The notes under the pieces were generated by a model that saw nothing but the letters and a program-made list of their open reading frames with translations, ran no database searches and was not told the origin of the DNA. A program made the position numbers and the translations under genes. Shown piece by piece: positions 37,401 through 47,272 of a stretch of 64,000 bases of DNA. The stretch is from Prorocentrum cordatum (lineage: Eukaryota). The stretch spans positions 186,001-250,000 of the forward strand of contig CAUYUJ010000303.1 in assembly GCA_963575745.1 (NCBI GenBank). Reading direction: 5' to 3'. Numbering within the stretch: the stretch's first letter is position 1; the number at the start of each line of letters is the position of its first letter.

Positions 37401-38275
37401 ATTCCTTGAACTTCGGAGAAGTGTCGACCTTCGGCGTTGTCGCGAAGAAGCCCGACCAGCTGTCGAAGTGGCATGTCATGTTGCAGGACCAGCACAAGGC
37501 TTTCAAGAGCGAGCTCGAGTCATCTGCCAAGGGGAACGTCGACTACATCAAGAAAATGAAAGGCACGGTCGGCTTCGGCCCCATGAAGAGCACGTTCGAG
37601 TTCAAGCACTCCGCTGACGCAGACGGCAGCAGCACGCACCCTGGCGACTCCACGACTTTTCCTTTGCTCACGTTCTTCCAGAAGCCGTTTTCCGTGTCGT
37701 TCACGCCGCAGGCTTGCCCTTTCGCTGGTGCGGCGTGTTACGTCACCGTTGGGAACGGCATCGCAGTCGCACTCGCCGTCCCCGTGGAGGACGTCCAGAA
37801 GCTCGGCGGCAACGACATGAAGGTGTTCTTGAATTCGGCAGACGCCTAGGTGATATTGAAGAAGGTGCCGAAGTTTGTATTGAATGCTGGTGATTCCTTG
37901 TACGTGCCATTCGGCACCTGGCTGGTCATTTTCGGCGTGAGTGAGTGGGATGACAACTCGAAGGAGTTCGCGGTGGACGAGGGGGCCGACGAGTTGCCCC
38001 AGGGATGGTTGCACTACACCATGCGCCCCGTCATTGATTGCGAGAACGACCCCATTGCGTGCACGGCCGCCTGTTCAGCCGTGGCAGGCTTGATGGCGAG
38101 GTCGATGCCGTACCACCCGAAGACGATGAAGGCCTTGCAGGTGCCCCTGAGGGAGTGGCGCGACAAGATCGAGGCGGCGGCCGCGAAGGAGGGCGAGCAG
38201 GCGGGCGGCGAGCCCGAGAAGAAGGGCGATGAGGACGGGATTGAGGACTCGGGCCAGCACCAGCGCAGCCTTTGA
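34495..38275 (+). pseudogene. Multi-exon gene: Cys-rich Zn-finger, helical region, C-terminal cupin-like motif; one in-frame TAG
   Basis: CTEC...CHYDC near 34990-35060. In-phase introns 35601-36260 (GA-AG, KTK|ENG) and 36795-36949 (GC-AG, SCK|AGK). First intron starts at 35304 with an uncertain acceptor. VLNAGDSLYVPFGTW motif. TAG at 37847-37849. Confidence 0.65.
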
Positions 38276-38369
38276 ACCGCCTGGCGGCGAGGCGACCCCG
38301 CTCCCCCCCCCTCGCCGTCTGGCCTGGCCGCAGAAGGATTGGAAGTAGACGGGCGAAGCTGGCGCGGAG

Positions 38370-38565
38370 TGGGGATCCTCTCAGGGGGCCCTTTCAAGGA
38401 TCCTCTCAGGGGGGATCTTTTCTGGGTGCCCTTTCAGGCGATCCTTTCAGGGTGCGCCAGAAAGGGCGCCCAGAAAGGGCGGGGATCTCTTCGAGGGGAG
38501 GGGTCCTCTCGGGTGTCCTTTTCACGGGGGATCTTACCATGTGATGTTGGCGGGGGTTCTTCCAG
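38370..38565. repeat. Short GG(G)GATC(C/T)T(C/T)TC(A)GGGG tandem repeats
   Basis: The motif recurs about 7 times. Confidence 0.65.
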
Positions 38566-40559
38566 GGGGGGCGGGGTCGCGTGGGGTGGGGGGGGGGGGG
38601 GGGCGGCGGCGCTCTGTGGAGCAGGCCGGGCTTTCGGAGCCGTCCTCCAACATCGTCGTCTGGCCGTCGGACCTCCTCCGTCGTCGCGCTTCCTCCCCCC
38701 CCCACGCGTCCTCCTCTCTCCTCCTTGCGCTCTCCTCCACCCTCCTTCCTCTTGCATCCCTCCCCCCTTCTGCCTCCCGCCTCCACCCCCCTCCCTCCCC
38801 ACTCGCTCCCTCCCTCCGTCGAGGGGGGGGTGCCTCATCGAGCGCTGCCGCCGCTCGCCCGCTCGGGCTCCAGCCCCCGCCCCCTTGCCTACTTTGGTCA
38901 GCCCTGGGTCTCGCGGATTCTTGCTGCCCGATGTTGGTCGTCGATTGGGCTCCCAGTGAGGCGACGGCGATCGACGGGCGCCGTCGTGGCGCGTCGCGCT
39001 TGCGACGTGGGCGCGGGCGCGAGGGCGCCGCCCGCACCCCCTCCGTTTTCGCCGCAGCAAGGGCAGCGGCGGGGCATGGGCGAAAAACGAAAGGGCGGGG
39101 GCTCGGGCAGCGCGGGTGCCACAGGCATCGGTTCTGCTCGAGCCGAAGCTTCATCGTTTATCGTCGATGCCCCGCCGCGCGTGCACCTCTCGGCAATAAT
39201 TATGCGGGGGGCGCGCGCCCAGCCCAATGAAAATCTCAAGAATCAGCGACGGGCGCATGTGCCCTGTCGGTGCAGGTCTCGAGTGAACGGTTCGGATAGG
39301 TTTGGGGGATTAGCTTCGCTTTGGGCGCCGTCTCCTTGCAAACTGCGTAGCTTCCCTTTTTTTCTGGAGCCTGCTGCCGCTGCGAGGCACAGGCAGCATG
39401 CGGGCCGCCCAGGCCGTTTGACACACGCCTGGCCGTGGGGTTATTCGCCAGTTGCGCGCTGCGCACCTGCGATGACAACTGGAGAAACATGATCGCACGT
39501 CGGGTTTGTGCTCGTGGCCTCTTGAGCCCCCATGCTCGTCCCAGCGTGGCCGACGGCGAGGTTGTCCGCTCTGGCATGATGCCACTGACGGTTGGGCACC
39601 ACCTCCCCGCGAGAAGGAGGGGGAGGAAGAGGAGGAGGAGGAAAAGGGAGGCGAGGAGGAGAGGGGGGAGGGGGAGGAGGAGTAGGAGGAGGAGGAACAA
39701 GTGGAGGGGTAGGGGGAGAAGCAACACACGGAGGAGCCGCAGCACTGCCGCCATACCCTTTACACAAATCGTGATACGCCTAGTTTGCGGTTCCTGTCCC
39801 GCTCGCCCGACTATTATTCATCCTTGCTTGCGTTGTCTGTCCGCCCCCCTCATCAGCGCCTCCGCATCAACCATCGCATGCCCCTCCTCGCTCAGCCGCC
39901 CCACGCCCTCCAAACTCAACTGCCAACCCCCATTCGCCCCTCATCTCCTCCCCCTCATCCTAAGCACAGCCACGTGCACTTGATCGCGTGGTAGCGCAAA
40001 CGCTAGATGTTTGGGGGTCACAGTCTCGCATTCCGAATCGGTGTTGCCTCAGAGGCTTCTTGACGTTGCATGGTCTGGGCTTCAGCGGCGGCGATTCGCG
40101 CTCGAGATTTGCCTCGACGAGGTTTTTTCGGCTGCTGTTTGGGCGCATCAAGCGATTGTCGGATAACGTAGATTGTCGCGTTCCTGGGTGGGCGTCGGCA
40201 ATGTTGCCCCAGGCTTCGTCGCAGGCGTCTGACGGGGGCGCGGCGAGGCGTTGTAGCGCCTGTGCGCGGGACGGATATCGGCCTGATCTATGTTTCGTCG
40301 CGGCGTGAGGTTGCGTTGCGAGTTGCCGAACGTACTTCGTAAGTGAGCTTTCTGTTCCCACCGCGTCGTGGGGCCATCTCAAGGCGTCTGGGGTCTTAAT
40401 GTCGGAGGCATGCATATTTATGATATGTTTGCCTGTGGCGTGTATGAATATTCGCGCGACGTAAGATGGTTGCGGCCGCGACATCCCCACTCGTTTCGGC
40501 GGCGCTTCTGGGGCCCCTGAACTCCCCAGCGCTGACCCTTAACCACGGCCTCGACAGGA

Positions 40560-42965
40560 GGGGGGGGGCGCCGGTGGGTTGCGGGCGAGAAATTGCGGGG
40601 TGGGAGGTCCCAAGAACGGAGCTGCCGTGGATGGGGGTGTCGGGGCGTGGTGGGAGAGGGGGGGGGGGGGGGCGGGGCGTCGGTGGGTTCCGGGCGAGAA
40701 TTGCGGGGTGGGAGGTCCCAAAGGAACGGAGCTGCCGTGGATGGGGGTGTCGGGGCGTGGTGGGAGGGGGGGGGCCGGGGTGGTTTCGGGCGAGAAATTG
40801 CGTGGTGGGTGGGAGGTCCCAAGAAGAACGGAGCTGCCGGGATGGAGGTGTCGGGGCGGGGGGGCGTCGGTGGGTTCCGGGGGGCGAGAAATTGCGGGGT
40901 GGGAGGTCCCAAGAACGGAGCTGCCGTGGATGGGGGTGTCGGGGCGCGGTGGGAGCGTGGATGGGGGGGCGTCGGTGGGTTCCGGGCGAGAAATTGCGGG
41001 GTGGGAGGTCCCAAGAACGGAGCTGCCGTGCATGGGGGTGTCGGGGCGTGGTGGGAGCGCGGGGGGGGCGTCGGTGGGTCCCGGGCGAGAAATTGCGGGG
41101 TGGGAGGTCCCAAGAACGGAGCTGCCGTGGATGGGGGTGTCGGGGCGCGGTGGGAGCGTGGATGGGGGGGCGTCGGTGGGTTCCGGGCGAGAAATTGCGG
41201 GGTGGGAGGTCCCAAGAACGGAGCTGCCGTGCATGGGGGTGTCGGGGCGTGGTGGGAGCGCGGGGGGGGCGTCGGTGGGTCCCGGGCGAGAAATGGGAGG
41301 ATCCCCGAGAACGGAAGCTGCCGTGATGGGGGTGTCGGGCGCGGTGGGAGCGCGGGGGGGGTGGGCGTCGGTGGGTCGGGCGGGAAATTGCGGGGGTGCG
41401 GAGGTCCCAAGGAATAGGAGCTGGCCGTGGATGGGGGTGCGTGGCGTTGGCGGGGCGCGGCGGGGGGGGGGCGTCGGTGGGGTTCCCGGCGAGAAAATTT
41501 TGCGGGGTGGAGGTCCCAGGAACGGAATCTGCGTGGATGGGGGTGTCGGGGCGTGGTGGGAGCGCGGGGGGGGGGCGTCGGTGGGTTCCCGGCGAGAAAT
41601 TCCGGGGTGGGAGGTCCCAAGAACGGAGCTGCCGTGGATGGGGGTGTCGGGGCGTGGTGGGAGCGTGGGGGGGGGGCGTCGGTGGGTCCCCGGCGAGAAA
41701 TTGCGGGGTGGGAGGTCCCAAGAACGGAAGCTGCCGTGGATGGGGGTGTCGGGGCGCGGTGGGAGCGTGGGGGGGAGCGTTGCTGGGTTCCGGGCGAGAA
41801 ATTGCGGGTTGGGGGGTCCCAAGAACAGTGATGCCGTGGATGGGGGTGTGAGGACGCAGTGGGAGCGTAGGGGGGGGGCGTCTGTGGGTTCCGTGCGAGA
41901 AATTGCGGGTTGGGGGGTCCCAAGAACAGAGTTGCCGTGGATGGGGGTGTCGGGACGTGGTGGGAGCATGGGGGGGAGCGTCGGTGGGTTCCGGGCGAGA
42001 AATTGCGGGGGGGAGGTAACAGGAAGCGAAGCTGCTGTAGGATATGCGGGGTTGTCGTGGTCGTGTGGGGGAGGGGCGCGGGTGGCGTCGGTGGGTTCCG
42101 GGCGAGAAATTGCGGGGTGGGAGGTCCCAAGAACGGAGCTGCCGTGGATGGGGGTGTCGGGGCGTGGTGGGAGCGTGGGGGGGGGCGTCGGTGGGTTCCG
42201 GGCGAGAAATTGCGGGGTGGGAGGTCCCAAGAACGGAGCTGCTGTGGATGGGGGTGTCGGGACGTGGTGGGTGAGCGCGGCGGAGGGGGCGTCGGTGGGT
42301 TCCCGGCAATTCCGGGGGGGGGTCCCAAGAACGGAAGCTGCCGGGCATTGAAGTGGATGTGGGTTTGCGGGCGTGGTGGGGGCGTGGGGCGGGGAGGCGT
42401 CGAGTGGGTTCCCGGCGAGAAATTGCGGGGTGGGGAGGGACCCCCAAGAACGGAGATGCCGTGCTAGGGGTGTCGGGGCGTGGTGGGAGCGTGCGGGGGG
42501 GGCGTCGGGGGGGAGCTGCGTGGATGGGGGTGTCGGGGCGTGGTGGGGGAGCGGGGGGGGGGGCGTCTGTGGGTTCCCGGCGAGAAATTTGCGGGGTGGG
42601 AGGTTCCCGAGAACGGAGCTGCCGTGTATGGGGGTGCGGGGCGTGGTGGGGAGCGTGGGGGGGGGGCGTCGGTGGGTTGCCGGGCGAGAATTTGCAGGGT
42701 GGGAGGTCCCAAGAACGTAGCTGCCATGGATGGGGGTGTCGGGGCGCGGTGGGAGCGTGGGGGGGGGCGTCGGTGGGTTCCGGGCGAGAAATTGCGGGGT
42801 GGGAGGTCCCAAGAACGGAGCTGCCGTGCATGGGGGTGTCGGGGCGCGGTGGGAGCGCGGGGGGGGCGTCGGTGGGTTCCGGGCGAGAAATTGCGGGGTG
42901 GGGGGTCCCAATGACGGGGTTTCGGGCGGGGGAGGGCGAGGAGTGAGGCTTTGGTGGGTTCCGGG
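40560..42965. repeat. G-rich satellite, ~100-bp unit, ~23 copies
   Basis: Unit GGGGCGTCGGTGGGTTCCGGGCGAGAAATTGCGGGGTGGGAGGTCCCAAGAACGGAGCTGCCGTGGATGGGGGTGTCGGGGCGTGGTGGGAGCG. GAGAAA anchors at 40886, 40988, 41087 and 41189. Confidence 0.95.
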
Positions 42966-44869
42966 CGGGGGGGGCGAGGAGGGAGGCGTTGGTGGGTGTC
43001 GGAGGGTTCGGGCCAGAACGTATCGTGTAGAGGACGTGGGTGGGAGATCCCAGGGCGGAGAGGCATTGAGGGGTGGTGAAGTGTCAAGGAGTGAGGTGTC
43101 GATGGCATTCGTGTAGGCTTAGCACAAAGGATATCGCACACGCCTCTAGGGTCGGCGGATTTCTGTGATGTGTCTACGAATTTGTTTCCCATGCGTCATA
43201 GTGCATGTTCGGATATGTTCTATTCAATTTTGCTCCTGAGGTTGACATGAGTTACTCCTTCTCTGCTCAGGCATGCTCTCTACTACTGTATCAGGTTTTG
43301 AGCGTACTGTACCTGACATCGCTCTTCACAGCCCCCTCCACAATACTCTGCCGCCCGTGTATATGCTACACACCTGCTGTGTTGCTACTATTGCTACTCC
43401 ACTTCTAATCAGCTCCATCCGACTCTATTCTAAGACAGCGCACTCGATTGTTATTGTGTTTCGGCCACCCTCCCCAGAAAGGTTGTGGAAGCCCGCGCAG
43501 GCAAGAGGAGACCCAAGGAGGCTGCAGGGTGCCCGGAGAGCTCCAAGAAACCAGAGACACCTCTACGGAAACCGGAGTCACTCTGGCAGCCACCATGCGG
43601 CCACGGGACCCACCATAGGAGTCTTCCGAAGGACCAGGAAGCATGGGGAGTCAATGGCGCCCTCGAGGGCGCGAAGTTATTCGCGCTTCGCGGTTCGACT
43701 CCGATTCCTTCTCATCCTCCTTCTCCCTTGGGAGGCGGCGCGAGAGCGCGAAGTTATTCGCACTTCGCGCCTCGCGCAGCGCGAAGCGCGAAGTCGGGAG
43801 CCCCTTGGGGAGTCCTCAGGAGGCTGGAGGAGGCCCCACTTGGGGGGCTTCGACCGTCCCGCGGGCGCCCGCACGGGGAGGGGGGGGGGAAGGCGGCCCC
43901 CCCACGTCGATGTTCGATGTGGATCCCCCGCGGTCGTCCCGCTGCAGGCTCCCTGTAAGAAGCCTTGTTGGGGGCCGAAAAAGCGACGCCGCTGCCGAGG
44001 ACCATCACGATCGAAGTGGGTACGGAAAGAATGGGTAGAAAGACCGACAGCAGTTCTTGTTCATTCTGATTCATTCTGAGCAGGGTTCGTTGTCAGTGTC
44101 GCTGCGGACGGTGTCCATTTGAGACGGAAAGCCTCCTGCCCAACAGCGGCCAGCGGTCGCTGCTGGTTTTGGACAGCATTTGCTGTTGGGCGTTGTATCC
44201 ATTTGTTCTGTAGTCATTTCGGGCGTTCAAAGAGGATGGGAGCCGCTCCGCCAAGAGCCCGGACGCGGGGCAGTATGGGAGATGACAACAGCGCCGGTGC
44301 CGACGTCGACCGTGCTGACGCCATCCGCTCCGGCCACGTTGACGTGCAATGCGGCCTCCCCTCCTTCGGGGGCCCCCAACGTTTTGTCTTCGTTCCGCCC
44401 TCGTTCTGTCTGCGTTCCGCCCTTGCTGCAAAACGGAGTCAAAACGACAACGGTGCACGAAATCGCCAAAACACATTTCAGGTCGAGCCCTGGCGCAGAA
44501 GTCATGAGGAGGCTTGTAGGCCGGTCGTGGCGACGTTAGGTAGGAGGGCGGTGGAGTTGGATTGGGTTTCGGCCCGCCCCCGGAATGGAAGACAACCTTC
44601 GGCGGGCCCCAAACAACCGGTGTGGTGACCACACCGCTTGGTGAGTCAGTGGGGGTTCGGGATCACCGCACGGTTTTGGGACTCGGGCCGTTCGGGCCGT
44701 TCTCCGAGGACGCCTCGGACGACCCGGGCCTCCGAGGTCCCAAGACCGCGCGGTGACGGACCACGAGGTGAGGTCTCTTGGGATTTCGAGGTCACCGCGC
44801 GGTCCGTTACCGCAGGGTTTGGGGATCGCCGTTCCCCGAGCCGCCCCGTTGGGCCCCAGTAGGCTTGAG

Positions 44870-45692
44870 TCGGGCGTGTCCCTTTACAGGGGGAACAGGG
44901 GGAATTTGAAACAGTAATAGAATAAACAAATAGTCTGGGGACGATGTTTTGATCATGTTGGGGGCATTTGTTTAGAATTTCGATGGTATTTTCAATCTTT
45001 CGTCCAAAATCGGACTGTAGTCGAGGGCGCAAAACACGCCCCTACCCTGGTTTACGAGGCGCTGTGTGCTGAACCTCCTGTGGGCCGACAGGGTAAACCC
45101 TGCGTGATGTGCCGCGTCCTGGCGGCTCTAGGCTCTGGGACTTCCCAGGAGGGTTACAGACCACGCACTTGTAACCCAGGGCAGGGTCGTTATTTCATCC
45201 CTCAAAAAATCGGCCTGCAGGGGGACATGCCAGAATTGACGGTAGGCGTTGCGCTTCAGGACCGTCGTCGTTTTCCATTCAGGGCTCGGGGAGGGGCTCT
45301 GGTTTTCGGGCCGCTCCCTCGGATTGGGTTACGTCGGGTTTGTCCCTCTACAGTTGTGGAAGTCGAATAATGGAGAGGAAGCTTGCTGCCAGATAATTTC
45401 CAGATGTTTAAAAGGTGTGTCAGACATGTTTGAAATATGTTTCAAATTATGGGTGAAACGTTTTTAGGACATGCTTTACACGTGTTAAACACATGTTGTA
45501 TTCAATGATAGGGTTGTTAGAGTGTCCATTGTCATGGCATCCACAACTCTACAGGAATAATATTCGAACATAGTCAAAACATAGTCCGGGGACGACTTTT
45601 TTGTTACCTCTGTTGACTATGTTTGGTGTATTTGTTTTTTGGTAGTTTTCATTTGTCGCCCAAAATCCGCTGGTAGGGGGGACACGCCTCAC
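44870..45692. mobile_element. Two related copies of MITE family D (GGCGTGTCCC...GGGACACGCC ends); the second is interrupted by MITE A
   Basis: GTCGGGCGTGTCCCTTTACAG (44870) resembles GTCGGGTTTGTCCCTCTACAG (45333). Both share ATAGTC-GGGGACGA and an ...ACACGCC end. Confidence 0.55.
45354..45546. mobile_element. MITE family A copy 3 with perfect 8-bp TSD
   Basis: CTCTACAG(45346-53)|TTGTGGA...TCCACAA|CTCTACAG(45547-54). Confidence 0.92.
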
Positions 45693-46845
45693 CTATGAGT
45701 TGGGTCGGCAAAACTCGCTTGTGGCCGAGGCTCGCCGTGGCCAGAGAAGCACATTTGCTCCTCACTCTGCGCTTCTTGTGGCATTCTGACTGCACGGGGG
45801 GCCGCAAAAGTAGCGACACCGTCGAGGAGTTGGGCCTCTCCGCCGAGAGCGCGGACGTGGTGAAGTGGGGAAGATGAGAGCAGTAACCACGCCGACGCCG
45901 CCCGCTGCCGACGCCGCCCGCTCAAGGGGGCGCGGTACACGCGGACGTGCCACGTGGCCTCCCCAAGCCGTTCCGCCGGAGGGCGTTGCGTTTCAGAACC
46001 GTTCTCTTGTCCCCACACCTCCCAACGTTCAGGAGGGGAGAAAACACAGACACAATTAATCGTCGACTCCCAGGAAGATATGGGAAAATATGGGAAGTGG
46101 GGAGGACGACAATTACCCAGAAAATATGGGAAAACATTGGGAATCCTCTTATTTGTGTGTGTATTTATTTGTGTGTCCCAGGGCCCCTTCAAAGGTGTTG
46201 AAAAAGCCGTACCTGCATCTTCCTCGGCGTTCTGCCTCTGCTCTCGGCTAGCCCCCCCCGGAGCGTCAAACAACGGTTCGGGATGAGGAGCCAGTCCCCA
46301 GGAAGGGATCGAGAATTCCAGTGACCCCGTATTGAAAAGTCAAGCCATCCGATCTCGAGGTCGTTGCTTTTGGGAAACGTGTTGCCCCACATCTGCTGGT
46401 GACGGAAGACAGGCGGCGGAGATAGGCGGGTTGGTTGGTTGGCGATTTGGTCGGTTGGGTGGTCTGGCCGGTTCGGCTGGCTTTCAGGTGGGATGGCTCG
46501 GGCAATCGGATGCGACTCCCTCTCCACTCACTTGCGCCCCTTTCGGTTTCAACTTGCACGTGTTGCAGTCGACGCCGCGACGTGCGCGGCAGGAGCTAGA
46601 CGCAACGCGCCCTGCGCGCGAAATTGCGAGATGCCGTTATCGCCCTAGCCTTACGCAAATGTGTTTTGAAAGTTGCGTTCGTGCTCAGAAGCGGTGCGTG
46701 CTCTTCGTTTCGGAGGGGGTCCGCTTGCGAGAGGCCAGCATGTCGCTATCGCCGCATCGTCGCGCAGGTTTCTTCAGATTGTCGTTCGCACTCCCATTTG
46801 CGCGCGGCGCATGCTTTTCTTTTCCGGGATCGTCGGAAGCAAGGT

Positions 46846-47053
46846 TGTGTACAAGAGGGCGAAATTGTGAAAAGAACCCGTCTCATACCCTCATCTCTAC
46901 TTCTCACTCTCCTATTTGCTCGCCTTATTGGCTCAAGGTGCTGGAGGAGATCAGGACGCTGGTCGCACAGGAGGAAAAGATCCCTATCTTTCCCTCCTTC
47001 CTATACCTACGGATCAGGTTCTCCGTACCTTTTGTACTCTAACCCCATACACA
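46846..47053 (+). repeat. Probable 5' LTR of the copia element (208 bp)
   Basis: Terminal inverted hexamers TGTGTA...TACACA directly followed by a PBS. No second copy in the window, so the left boundary is inferred. Confidence 0.6.
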
Positions 47054-47066
47054 GGTTATCAGCCCT
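47054..47066 (+). promoter_or_regulatory. Primer-binding site of the half-tRNA (copia/Ty5) type
   Basis: GGTTATCAGCCCT immediately after CA. It has one mismatch to GGTTATGAGCCCT, the complement of a tRNA-Met anticodon arm. Confidence 0.75.
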
Positions 47067-47272
47067 TCAAGATCACCATTCACCGAACCCTGCGTCGCGA
47101 TCTCGCTCGCAGCCCCGATGGATCCCCCGCGGCGCATGCGCCGTAAGGGATCCTTCGCGGCTCAGCGTCCGAGTTGTCCGACGGCGCGTCGACTCGGTGA
47201 TGAGTTGGAGAGCCTTGGAGGTGACCGTGTGGGTGTACCAGATACTCCCCCCCCAACTCCGACGGACCCGAA

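Noticed and set aside
40560..42965. CRISPR-like array, or 600-800-aa Pro/Gly-rich ORFs
   Set aside because: The whole unit repeats with no unique spacers and no cas genes. The ORFs arise from a stop-poor satellite.
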